A stretch of DNA of 64,000 bases, taken from the NCBI GenBank assembly GCA_002269645.1, contig NIVC01002257.1:124001-188000 (forward strand), read 5' to 3'. Made by a program: the position numbers and the translations under genes. The DNA is from Macrostomum lignano (lineage: Eukaryota). Below are positions 1 through 10,562 of this stretch, piece by piece (position 1 is the first letter of the stretch; each line of letters opens with the position of its first letter). The notes beneath the pieces are model-generated. The model searched no databases, was not told where the DNA came from, and saw only the letters and a program-made list of their open reading frames with translations.

Positions 1-57
1 CATTGATTCTTGACTGTTAAACAACGCTAATTATCGTTGCATGAGGATCCATCACCA

Positions 58-1089
58 TTACATTACGATACATCTCCACCTGGCCGACAGCTGAGCTTGG
101 AGCTCTTGATGGCTTCGGAGCAGTTCATTCTGACGAGCTTCTGATTCTCGGAACTTTTCCTCTAGGTTGCGCATGTTTGACGACTGAACCTTGAAAGCTT
201 GGTACTGAGCTTCTAATCTTTCCTCCTTCTCCAGAACCCGGTGCCGTTCCTGGTACATGTCTATCATATCAGAAATGGCGTTAATCATGTCGTCGGAAAA
301 CTGGATTTTCTCCGTTGATGACTCATATACCCTATCGAGCTGACGCAGGTTAGCCGACAAACTATCGATGATTTTAAGCAGTCCGTCGGCCTTCCTGTCC
401 AACTCCTGAACGTCGAGGGTAGTTTTGATCCCCTTGGTAACAGATCCGATTCCAAGTCCTGTGCCAGCTGCTACTCCAGAAGCCAAGGCAGCTGCAGGAG
501 CCCATGTAGCACCCAAAGTGAAAAACCCAGCGATTCCAAGAGCCACGGACACACTGGCAGCAACTGCCATTCCGGCTGTTGCGCCATATCCTTTATTTTT
601 TCGGCTGGAAACCTCTAATTGGGCTTTCTTGTGCTCATCTTCCAGGTTACTTCGCAAATTTTCGGCGCTCTTGATAACTTCTTCAAGACAGGTGCGAAAA
701 CTTTGATATTCCTTTCCAAATTCGTTTGCTGAATCCAGTACTTCATGCAGCTTGTCAAGACAGTCCTTAACTTTCTTTGATGTCTTTTCATGGGTCGCCA
801 CAATTTCCCGTAGAGTTTTATTCATGCTTTTTCCACTACTTTCGAGATTTGAAGCAGCATCTTTGATGGCATCACATTGTGTACCCAAAGAAAGCAAACG
901 GTGCCGAAAATCTTCCAGTAACTCTACGCTTCGGACATCAATTTCGTCAGCGTTTTTAGCAACAGATCGTATGGTTTCAATATCAACTAAGAAAGTTCTG
1001 TTGATACTAATAATGTCATTGCTCAGTTTCAATGCTTCTAGCGTTTTTTTCGCATCAAAAATCAAATCGGACGCTTGAGGCGTGGCCAT
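58..1089 (-). CDS. 343-aa helical protein with Gly/Ala-rich hydrophobic hairpin, C-terminal coiled coil and CaaX box (family member A; APOL/alpha-PFT-like architecture)
   Basis: Uninterrupted ORF from ATG 1089, preceded by an acceptor-like ccatttcag. Contains GYGATAGMAVAASVSVALGIAGFFTLGATWAPAAALASGVAAGTGLGIG and ends RWRCIVM*. Aligns by eye with members B, C and D. Confidence 0.8.
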   Translation of the reverse strand: MATPQASDLIFDAKKTLEALKLSNDIISINRTFLVDIETIRSVAKNADEIDVRSVELLEDFRHRLLSLGTQCDAIKDAASNLESSGKSMNKTLREIVATHEKTSKKVKDCLDKLHEVLDSANEFGKEYQSFRTCLEEVIKSAENLRSNLEDEHKKAQLEVSSRKNKGYGATAGMAVAASVSVALGIAGFFTLGATWAPAAALASGVAAGTGLGIGSVTKGIKTTLDVQELDRKADGLLKIIDSLSANLRQLDRVYESSTEKIQFSDDMINAISDMIDMYQERHRVLEKEERLEAQYQAFKVQSSNMRNLEEKFRESEARQNELLRSHQELQAQLSARWRCIVM

Positions 1090-1263
1090 GGTTCTGAAAT
1101 GGTCAAGTTCAAGTTTAAAAGGTCGAAAAATTTACCTAAAAACGCAATAAAATGCTTTACCTTTTACGAGACGCGAAAACTTATTCTGAACTTATTTTTC
1201 ATGTACAAATTGTAGTTTTTTGATGCTTTTCCTTTCATGGTTTGGTCTGTTTTAGAGCGAGAA

Positions 1264-1318
1264 TTTATATAGGGCTCTCAGCTCATGCACTTCTAGACTT
1301 CTTGGCGAAGTTCCCTTT
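1264..1318 (-). promoter_or_regulatory. Putative promoter of member A: kappaB-like motif AAAGGGAACTTC (1318-1307) about 35 bp upstream of a TATATAAA box (1271-1264)
   Basis: Minus strand reads tgaaagggaacttcgcc...gccctatataaattc, about 180 bp upstream of ATG 1089. The same 12-mer recurs elsewhere in the window. Confidence 0.45.
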
Positions 1319-1322
1319 CATA

Positions 1323-2632
1323 CGAGGGTCACTCAGAAAGTTCTTAGCTTGAACACGAAAACAGCAACAAATGAACTAAAAAACGACTACAAGTGCTCAA
1401 AATACTCTCCACCGGCATTGATACAGGCTTGCATCCTGTGAAACCAGCTGTCGAAGCACTGCCGCCAATCCTCATCCCGGAGCTCCTCGATGATGTTTTT
1501 AAACTCATTCACAGCTTCTTCCGGTGAAGAAAAGACCTGGCCCTTCAGAATTTCCTTGCACTTCGGAAACAGAAAAAAGTCGCACGGTGCCAGGTCTGGA
1601 CTGTAAGCAGGGTGAGTCATCAGCTGGACCCCACAGTCAGCCAGAAACTCCAGAGTTTGAGCCGCCGTGTGCGCGCTGGCGTTGTCGTGGTGCAGAAGCA
1701 CCCCACGCATTCCGCACCTTGGGCGCCTCTGGCTCACAGCAGAAAAGACCTTGGGCAGGCAAACCGTTGTGTACCAGTCAGCGGTGACTGTCTGGCGATC
1801 TTCAAGTGAAACGGAAGCCACATGCCCAGTGCGCATGAAGAAACAGGCCACCATCTGCTTGCCGACACTCCGGCTGCGTCGAAACTTGGTGGGGCTGTCC
1901 TCGTCTCCAAAGGTCCACATGGCTGACTGGCGCTTGCTTTCGGGGTCGTATTGATAAATCCAGGTCTCATCGCCCGTGAGGATGTCCCAGATACGCCGGC
2001 TGGTCCCGGATTCGAATTTCTGCAGCATGAATCGGCACCAAGCCACCCTGGTGTCCTTCTGCACGTCCGACAGCTGATGGGGGATCCACCGGGAAGCCAG
2101 CTTCCGCACTCCAAGGTGTTCGTGCATAATGGCGTGCACACTCCCCGATCCAATACCGATCTCCTGCTGGATCTGCTGGTAGGTCACTCGCCGGTCAGCG
2201 GCAATCATGCTGGACACAGCGCAGATATTTTCTGGAGTCACTGCGTCACAGGGTCTCCCGGATCGATGTTCATCTTCGAGGCTTTCTCGACCTCGGCGAA
2301 ACTCAGCGAACCAGTTTTTGACGGTTGCGTATGAAGGACATACATGGGTGAAAACGTTCTGTAAAGTTTGATACGATTCGGCCGGCGACTTGCCTTGCTT
2401 GAAGTGCAGGTACATCATTGCTCTGAAGTCGCGATTTTCCAGCTTCATTGTTGAATTGAAGATCTCAGGGGGTGAACTGACTTTAACTCGCTGCAGTGGA
2501 CTCAAAAGTGGCTGCTTCTGTTTGAAATTTTTGCTGCGATACTTTTAAAAGTTGGTCTTTACCATAGACAAATTTCATGCTTCTACGTCTCGTGGATCCT
2601 ACTCAGGCTAAAGACTTTCTGAGTGACCCTCG
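1323..2632 (-). mobile_element. Full-length mariner (Tc1/mariner, DD34D) DNA transposon, 1310 bp
   Basis: About 30-bp TIRs cgagggtcactcagaaagt... at both ends, TA target duplication at 1321-1322 and 2633-2634, intact transposase ORF. Confidence 0.95.
1387..2448 (-). CDS. Mariner transposase (353 aa from first ATG)
   Basis: N-terminal HTH region, WIPHQL, TGDETW, LHHDNA, then HPAYSPDLAPCD with 34 residues between the second and third Asp. Confidence 0.93.
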   Translation of the reverse strand: MKLENRDFRAMMYLHFKQGKSPAESYQTLQNVFTHVCPSYATVKNWFAEFRRGRESLEDEHRSGRPCDAVTPENICAVSSMIAADRRVTYQQIQQEIGIGSGSVHAIMHEHLGVRKLASRWIPHQLSDVQKDTRVAWCRFMLQKFESGTSRRIWDILTGDETWIYQYDPESKRQSAMWTFGDEDSPTKFRRSRSVGKQMVACFFMRTGHVASVSLEDRQTVTADWYTTVCLPKVFSAVSQRRPRCGMRGVLLHHDNASAHTAAQTLEFLADCGVQLMTHPAYSPDLAPCDFFLFPKCKEILKGQVFSSPEEAVNEFKNIIEELRDEDWRQCFDSWFHRMQACINAGGEYFEHL

Positions 2633-3804
2633 TATGTACAGACTTAGTACAGACTACAGACAAAATTTAACTTTGTATCTCCATTGAGGCTTCTCGAAAT
2701 ATGAGCGGGAAACAATATTATAATAAACCAAAGTGCATATGGCTGTACGGCATTGTGAGACCAGCCAGATTTCATTACCTTAGCAAAGGAGAAGCAAAGT
2801 TTCTGATTGCTGGGTATGAACTTGCTCTCTATGCTTTCTGCCGCGTAGATTCGTAGCAGTTTTCTTTCCAACCATTTCTTGATTAGTTGTTTACTGTAGA
2901 GATGCCATTAAAATAAGGGACGAATAATAAATAGCATTGTACATTTGATAGATAAAGTTCTCTTTTCCGTATATATGCGGTGCACAATGGGGCACAATGC
3001 ACTGAAATATTAAGCAAACTACTGCTACAATTTACGTAGTGTCAAAAAACAGTGAAGACCGAATTTCAAAACATTTTTTCTACAGGTAGTGAGTGAGCGC
3101 TTTAAGGACGAGAATGGGTTAGCAATAAGCAATGATCAGTACCCAATCAATGATTAGCAACGGAAAAGACAGGATTTTGCAGCTCGTATAGATGATGCAA
3201 GCTATCAGTACATGTAGTAAAATCTACTCTTCACTGATCGTTGTCTACTAGTACTCATTATCTAAGACGAATTATATACTCAATGCTCAAACTTGTCACT
3301 TGGAAATATAAATAACGCGTGTAAGCCAGGTTCTCTCTGAGGCAGATTGATGCTGGTTCAAGAGAAGTCCTTGGTTCAAGAGTTGAAAATTCTATGATTG
3401 GGTACTCAGACGCTTGATATCCCAATTGCTACTCAATAGGGGAAAAACCTGCAACCATTTTGGTACCATTACTGAATTTCACACCCAAACAGTTTAGTGT
3501 ACGCTGTATACTGCTTGAGACAGGCTGCAAATACAAAAAGAAGGCAAAAAATGTGAAAAAACACTCTGCCTCATACGTAGTGTTTTCGTTGTCCTGGCCA
3601 TTACGAGCTATGCACTGTACGTAACCTATACGTACATGCAAATGCCCATCTATCTAACTACTGCTATGAGCATTGGCGAAAGACACTCGAGACAGGTGAG
3701 ACAGACAATAAAGACTTCGTACGATTCAGCTCTTAAAACTCGCTAGGGTAGGGCGTTGATAAACTTATTGTCACTGTACATCCAGTTAAATGATGCGCGT
3801 ACAT

Positions 3805-4835
3805 TGGACGAAGTTCCGTTTATTTTCGTACAGTTGATTTATGATTGTTTGTCTATCATAAATCATCCCTAGTGTCTTGCAATTGTGCCAACAACATTAA
3901 GTTCGATGATAAGTATAATGACGTTCTATATAACTGTCGTAAGTTAATATCTAGAGCCATTTTCGCTCATCGCTATACATTTTACAGACTTTTGCTCATG
4001 CTCGAATTTCCCTGCTTGAGGAAGTCTAGAAGAGTTTAATATTTGCAGAAGGCGCAACGCCTCCCACGACATCATTCCACAACCAGTGCCGAGGCAACCC
4101 TGCCCATTCCGCTGGCTCCTGAGCACATGCAGGCGCGCCAATACTGTAAGCAGGCACAGCACTCATGCACACGCTCACAAACTTTCTAATCGTCAAGCAT
4201 TTACACTCTCTGAGCCAAAACACCCTTAGTGCACTTTTCTTCTCCCATCTAACTTGGCACTACTGATGAATTTGCTGTGCTGTTGTGTCTCTCGGTTGTC
4301 TCTGTATATATTGGCATTTTTCTCTATCTCGCGGGGGTCTTCGAAGAATCGAAACTTTCGAGTTGACAACCTGCAGAAATTGAATACAGCGTATTTCAAC
4401 GTATACCTTACTGGATAAATTTAGGAAAAAAACTTAAGATATGCAGTAAAATTGAAGTGTATACTCGTATTTCTGCGAAACTCCTAAACTGCAGAAGCTC
4501 TGTACTGTTCTCTGGTGTGAGGTGGCTAGAGTAATCTGTTTACTCAAAATCGTACATTGGAGGAGACAAAAGGGAACTTCAAATTCGACTTGCTGTACAG
4601 AATACCAAGGAATGAGCTCTAATGTTGTACGGGGCTCATCTGTGCATCTCGGCTCTATCTTTTCTCAATCCGTTAAGCCTTCGAAGAATGCGTAGCTAAG
4701 CTAAAGGTGGCAATCTGCAGCAGTGGTTGAGAGAGCCCAGCCGCTGTACAATGGCTTTACTTTATTGGATGAGGTTACGCGTGAAACGCAGGTATAGAAG
4801 CTCGCAAAATATCTCTACCACATGAAGTTCCCTTT
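3805..4835. promoter_or_regulatory. Three copies of the recurrent motif GAAGTTCCCTTT (3810-3821 with one mismatch; 4569-4580 reverse; 4824-4835)
   Basis: Exact or near-exact matches to the 12-mer at 1307, 26429 and 26749. They lie in the divergent intergenic region between members A and B. Confidence 0.4.
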
Positions 4836-5258
4836 AACTGTGCGCAGTCCAAATTTGCATTAGGAGCAACAAGTACACTGAATTCAAGTACTCAAATATC
4901 ATCAAATGCAATCAAATGCAGATTAAGTAAGAAAATTCTCTCCATGACTGAGTCAGTGAACATAGTAAGTGTTCACCCAGTACAGGTAGCTAGATGAACC
5001 CCCTTTTCTGTACTCGGATTGCTTTTGGTAGGAATCACGCGCAAAAATTGGATTTTTGGCCTGGCGGGCCAGTCTCTATGCTTGTTAATACCCATTGACA
5101 CATTAACGCTTGAAAATTGAGCACTAGAGAAAGCACGAAAACATGGACCCCTATACTAGAAGTTACCATTGTACAACGATTTGTCTGTAGCCAAAACTCT
5201 ATATTACATGTAAAATAGTCTACGGTGGTGGGTGGGGCTTTGCCACCAAACCCCCGTC

Positions 5259-5427
5259 CAAGGAGTTCTATAATTGGCAATCTGGAGTGGAAGCGAGTTT
5301 TACCTCATGAGGCCACGCCAATTGTAGAGATAAGGAGCCAGCACTGAATGTCTATGCTAGTCTGGCCTCATGAGGTAAAACTGAAAAACTCGTTTTCACT
5401 TCAGGTTGCTAATTATAGAACTCCTTG
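5259..5427. mobile_element. 169-bp MITE, probably P-element superfamily
   Basis: About 57-bp imperfect TIRs starting CAAGGAGTTCTATAATT, 7-bp direct flank ccccgtc at 5252-5258 and 5428-5434. CANRG termini and 7-8-bp TSDs are typical of P elements. Confidence 0.75.
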
Positions 5428-6883
5428 CCCCGTCCCTCACTCTTAAAGTGTAGCTTAAAACAAATATCTTTGGTACAATGCAGCACAATATCGATGTAAA
5501 CTTTTGTTCATAGCTGGTATGCCGGTTTATTGGTAATTTATAGATTAAAAATTAATTGTAGTCCATAAACTGCAGCTTAAAATGGTACAAATTCTTAATT
5601 TTTTTCTGCCGCTACAAGCTTTGATGTCTACAGTTTCCACTCATAATATCATCGAAGAAAGTTAGCTAGTAAAGTTTGCAAAACACTGGAGAGAAAGTGT
5701 GCAATGGCTCGCGTCATTCTATCCCGGGCCAACAGTGTCAATGCCATAATGATGCAACCAGGGACTCAACCAGGCGATTCACTCAGTCCATGTTGCCGCT
5801 AAGTACGGGTGTCGCATCGGGCAGTCTGCTGTTTGGTCGCAAATCAATATCACTGTTCTGAGCCTTCAGCACTCGCGACCCCGCCATCAGCAATCAGGAT
5901 CGCCAGTCTGAGAGGATTTACGAGCTAAACGACATATTGAGACGGACAGACCACGTCATTCTGACAGCAATCACCACAATCACCATGAAAGACCGACGCA
6001 TTTGAAGAGTCGGCTCCGTAGACCATATTAGGGGTGGGGAGCACGTCCGAAGTGCATGGGGACTCGCTGGTCATGCATCGGGGACGGCACCAGACGCCAA
6101 GCGACTGCCCTAGACGTCAGAGCAGCTCAAAAGACAGCCAATGGCAGCCGAAGGACGGCAAAAAGAGCTACAAGGAGATGGTTAATTATTAAGGACTGAG
6201 CTGACAAACTGACGCTTCCATTATTGAAGTATTTTTCCCAGATTTTTACCTTCCTATTTTTAATTTTAAGGAAGACATTGTTAAATATTGTGCCACCGGC
6301 CATAGCCCATCGATGCATCAGTGAAATCTTTCTCCATAACGCACCATTATAAATCAATGTACATCCACTACTCATTTACAACATAACAATCTCCTGTAAG
6401 TCGGCTTAGCACCAAAATATGCTCTAAATTTCGAGGGCTATGCGCTAGCCAATTCTATTATTTCTGCTTCAAGCCAAACCTTCCTGGAAAAATGGGCATC
6501 AGCGCACAGCGCACCCTGTCTCCAATGCCGTCTTGGATAATTCCATAGGAAAATAAAAACAAACCAAATATCCACATCCTCGTTGAAGTGGAGAAAAAAC
6601 TATGAGTTTTATGCTATGAGCTATGAGAAGCTATGAGTAAGTGAATTTCGGACGAAAATTTCTAAGAACAAGTGCTGCACTCTCATTGGACAAGAACTTC
6701 ATGTAAAATAGTAAATACATGTAAACGGCGCGCACACAATGTCACATGAGTGTACGTACCTTTAACACTATAAATAATAAAGAACGGGAGTTCTACATAC
6801 GATCAAAATTAGCTCGAGATCCTACGCTAAAAGCAGACTTGTAGTATTTTTTGAGACAAAGAATAACAAACAGGATCAAAACA

Positions 6884-7276
6884 ATGTCGCAAAAAAAGAC
6901 AGGCGCAGCCACGAACGTTATGAACATGATGAGCAACCTAACGACAGCGACTGAAGCTGCTAGCAAAATAGCAAGCACTGCAAGTAGCATCTATGATACT
7001 GTATCAGCTGTCACACAACAATCGCACGATATTCTGACGGAATTGACCAAGGAAGCCGCCAGCATCGCCCAAGCCGAGGTCAGTGATTTTCGAGACGCAA
7101 TGCGAGACACAAATGCTTCTGGAGAAGATCTGAGGTCAAGATGTCTTGAGCTGAGAGAAAAGTGGCAGTCCTTTGAAAATTACATTTACGAGACCTTTGA
7201 ACGAAAGGAAATTAGTCGCGCTGAAGTTCAAAATTGCATTCAGCTGCTGCAGTTAATGCTGGAGAGTGCCGGCAAC
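6884..7276 (+). pseudogene. 5' half (131 codons) of family member B, interrupted by a Chapaev insertion
   Basis: ATG 6884 (TATAAAT near 6768). Reads ...IQLLQLMLESAGN into the element TIR and joins in frame to 10563 when the element is removed. Confidence 0.85.
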
Positions 7277-10200
7277 ACAGCACCCATGGAACATCTTTTA
7301 GGGAGAAAAAAAGTACGAAGCAATCCATTCAACTTTTCTTGTTCCATAGACACCTGTAGATGAAAAAAATGAAAAACAGAAAAAAATTTGCGATAGCTTC
7401 ATGTTTTATTGCACTTTTTGAATTTTCATGTACTTTTAATTGGCAAAACAGGAAGACATTCCATAAAAACTGCCATTTCAGCTTACAGGTCATTAGCGAA
7501 ATAAATTCAGCTACCTTTCTATCCCATACAGCCAAATAAATAACTAAAGACTTGTTTACATTGAAGCTAGTATCTCTGCGAGTCACACACTGTTCAAATT
7601 AAAGTACCACTAGTCTTGCACAAAGTCTAGATTGATTTGAGTATTCAATGATCTACAGAGTAACTAAACCTTTATTTCTGGCTCACATAATCGATAGCAT
7701 TTGATTGGCCAAATCGTTGTACACGCAGCTAAGCTGAATGAAATCAACCAATCGATTGCTTAACTTTAGGCGGCCAGTTTTTAACTTAACAGATGTACAT
7801 CCACCAGACATTTACAATGCTGCACTCGTCTGAAAATTTCATGCCCGCAAGCAGGCCAACTATAAGGTTCAATGAAAATGTACAATCATGCACTACAAAC
7901 TCAGTAAACATCTCACAGTGATAGAAAAATCCACTCTATCCTAGCATAAAACAACGCCAACAAACTTCAAATAAAGTTATATTCTATCATCAGTTTTATA
8001 GCACTTTTGATAGCTCTGCAATGCCTTCAACGGCTTTAACTCATTCGGAGAATCGATTGAAAGTATGCCTGATCTGCTTTAAAAAAGGAGCATCTCATGA
8101 ACCTATTCGTGACGCAAATCTACAACGCATCAATCGAAATTTTATCGAAGATATTGACATCACTGATGAAAGTCTTCCAGCATCTTTGTGCGCTCGGTGT
8201 CGCAAACTTCTTCTTGATGTCGACAGTGGTAGAAAGCCAGTGGATGCTCTGCCCCAACCATATGACTTCTCAAAAGTGAAGCAGACAGCAGTCACACGAC
8301 AGAATCCCCTGTGCCATTGTGATCTGTGTGAAGTCGCCCGGATGACTCCGATTGGTCAGGGGCTTGGCTCTGCCAAAGTTCCGGCTCACCCGATTGGCCG
8401 GCCGAAGAAATCCAACGACCAGCTGCCTGTAGCTTTGCCAGCTAAAATCTGCCGACGCTGCCTTTGCATCCTCCGGCGAGGAGTCAGTCACTGCTGTACC
8501 ATCACTCAACGCAGGGAAAACCTGTGCACAGAGTACTCTGTGGACCAGCGAGGGGCTGAGATGCACGCAGCCAAAGTAATCAAAAGAAAAGCTGTCGATG
8601 CGCACGGTGCTGCTCCAATTCAACTGGCAACTCGTGGGCGTAATCTAACACTCAGTCTCCTAGCCCCATCACAAGCTAAAAACTCGGCTGCTTTTTACGA
8701 TTCGCCGATCTCAGCATCTGAAATGAGCTGCTTTCAGCAGGCGCTGAGTCTAAGCAGACGGCAAACGAGGACTGCAGCGCAATTCTTCCGTAAGTGGAAA
8801 GGGCGGAAGTCAATTGAAGCAGGCCTGGAGTCGAAGTTGCAGCAGCTGGACAGCAGCCTCAGCGAGTATTTTTCGGTGACCGATGCAGAGTTTGAGATCA
8901 GCGGCGGTCAGAAGAAGCGCTGCTCCGTCGTATTCTGCAGGGACCCAGCAGGTCTCATTGATTACATGCTGCAACACCGGAGGGCGCCTTTTGGTTCTGA
9001 GTTCGTTGCAAAAGTTGGAATGGACAGTGGTGGTGATTTTCTGAAAATCTGTCTCAGCCTCATAGTTGACACATCAACTGATGCAAGTGACTTCGAGACT
9101 CAGGCTGCCGATGTCTGCTCAAGCCACTTTGCCGAAGGAGGTGTCAAGAGACTCATGCTACTAGGAATTGTTCAAGGAGTGAAAGAAACGTATGCCAACC
9201 TTAAGACCATGCTGGATCTTTTGAATATGAAAGGCGTCCGATATTACTGCTCGATGGACATGAAGATGGCCAACATCTTCCTTGGGCTTCAGGCATGCAG
9301 CAGCTTGCATCCGTGTCCTTGGTGCGAGTGCAGGCGGAACCTTTTTGGTGATGCGCATCGTGACATCCAGCTGCGGACGCTCGGTGCCATTCGAAGAAAT
9401 GCAGCCCAGTATCAGCAGGCAGCTCGGCAGCATCGGGGCAGTTTGCAGCTTGGAGCTGCCAACTTCAAGAATTGTGTGCATGATCCACTAACAGATCTGC
9501 CTGACGACACCGAGGTTCTAACGATCGTGCCTCCAATGGAACTGCACCTGATGCTGGGAATTACCAACCGGCTGCTGGAAGAACTGGACACGCGACTCCA
9601 AGCGACAAATGACTGTTCGGTGCGCATTGATGACTGGCTTGCTCGACTGGGAGTTCAGCGACAGCCTCAGCATGGCAGGCAGATAAACGGCAATGACTGC
9701 GCAAAGGTGCTGGAGTCAGTAGATCAGTTGGAGCAGATGGTCCGAGACTGCGATGCTTGCCTGGGAATGCCCGTTGTGTTTGCTCTGCGGTGCTTTCGAG
9801 AGGTAAAGAGAACCTGCTTCAGCCTTGAACTGCGCGATGGCTTCGAGACCGCCGTGGCTCACTTTGCTCAGGCTTACGCGGATCTCGGTATTAGCACCAC
9901 GCCGAAGGTGCACGCGCTGATTGACCACGTGGTGCCTTTCCTCTCAAGCGCTGACAACAGGGAAGCCCGACATGGACTAGGCTTTTGGTCTGAGCAAGCT
10001 GGCGAAGCTGTGCATCGCGATTTCAACAGCCTGTGGTGCCGCAGCTACAAAGTTAGTCCTACAAATCCTCAGTATGCACAACAGCTGCTGAAGTGCACTG
10101 TTGCGTACTGCTCGCGGCATTTGTGACCTGCTTTAATAGTAAGAACATTTTCTTTTTCTAAGTCTTTTTTTGTTTGCAATAGCAGATAGAAAAAATGTGT

Positions 10201-10557
10201 CTTTAAGCTATCTATAATATTTGTTTATGGTAAAAACTTATTTAAAAAACACTATTTAAAGTAGCCTAATGCACTGCATATAAGTTTTTTTATCGGCCTG
10301 ATAGTTTAAGTTAAGCAGGTAGCTGAATTTAATACGCTGATGACCTGCAAGCTGAAATGGCAGTTTTTATGGAATGTCTTCCTGTTTTGCCAATTAAAAG
10401 TACATGAAAATTCAAAAGGTGCAATAAAACATGAAGCTATCGCAAATTTTTTTCTGTTTTTCATTTTTTTCATCTACAGGTGTCTATGGAACAAGAAAAG
10501 TTGAATGGATTGCTTCGTACTTTTTTTCTCCCTAAAAGATGTTCCATGGGTGCTGTG
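7276..10557 (+). mobile_element. Intact Chapaev-type (CMC superfamily) DNA transposon, about 3.28 kb
   Basis: 241-bp TIRs (7276-7516 and 10317-10557) starting CACAGCACCCATGG. 4-bp TSD gcaa (7272-7275, 10558-10561), equally readable as 6-bp ggcaac. One long transposase ORF. Confidence 0.88.
8021..10126 (+). CDS. 701-aa Chapaev/Transib/RAG1-related DDE transposase
   Basis: N-terminal H-x7-C-x2-C...LPASLCARC...CHCDLC zinc motif. Core KVGMDSGG (D), SMDMKMANIFLGLQACSSLHPCPWC (D plus CxxC), ELHLMLG, KVHALIDH, SEQAGEAVH (E). Confidence 0.88.
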   Translation: MPSTALTHSENRLKVCLICFKKGASHEPIRDANLQRINRNFIEDIDITDESLPASLCARCRKLLLDVDSGRKPVDALPQPYDFSKVKQTAVTRQNPLCHCDLCEVARMTPIGQGLGSAKVPAHPIGRPKKSNDQLPVALPAKICRRCLCILRRGVSHCCTITQRRENLCTEYSVDQRGAEMHAAKVIKRKAVDAHGAAPIQLATRGRNLTLSLLAPSQAKNSAAFYDSPISASEMSCFQQALSLSRRQTRTAAQFFRKWKGRKSIEAGLESKLQQLDSSLSEYFSVTDAEFEISGGQKKRCSVVFCRDPAGLIDYMLQHRRAPFGSEFVAKVGMDSGGDFLKICLSLIVDTSTDASDFETQAADVCSSHFAEGGVKRLMLLGIVQGVKETYANLKTMLDLLNMKGVRYYCSMDMKMANIFLGLQACSSLHPCPWCECRRNLFGDAHRDIQLRTLGAIRRNAAQYQQAARQHRGSLQLGAANFKNCVHDPLTDLPDDTEVLTIVPPMELHLMLGITNRLLEELDTRLQATNDCSVRIDDWLARLGVQRQPQHGRQINGNDCAKVLESVDQLEQMVRDCDACLGMPVVFALRCFREVKRTCFSLELRDGFETAVAHFAQAYADLGISTTPKVHALIDHVVPFLSSADNREARHGLGFWSEQAGEAVHRDFNSLWCRSYKVSPTNPQYAQQLLKCTVAYCSRHL

Positions 10558-10562
10558 GCAAC

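Noticed and set aside
3845-4223. Short ORFs as another family relic near the motif at 3810
   Set aside because: No recognisable similarity to members A-D in the frames I translated.
5700-6170. GC-rich stretch with GTQPGDSLSP resembling LINE RT motif B
   Set aside because: Single short motif with no continuous frame; too weak to annotate.
6481-6489. STAT/GAS site TTCCTGGAA upstream of member B
   Set aside because: Six fixed bases occur many times by chance in 64 kb; no independent support.
7313-10535. Splicing the Chapaev out using TIR-internal sites (acceptor at 10479) to rescue member B
   Set aside because: The host frame downstream of that acceptor hits TAA at 10533-10535, so no in-frame rescue results.
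7276-10557. ProtoRAG/RAG1-RAG2 transposon
   Set aside because: No RAG2-like ORF, TSD is 4 (or 6) bp rather than 5, and features fit Chapaev.
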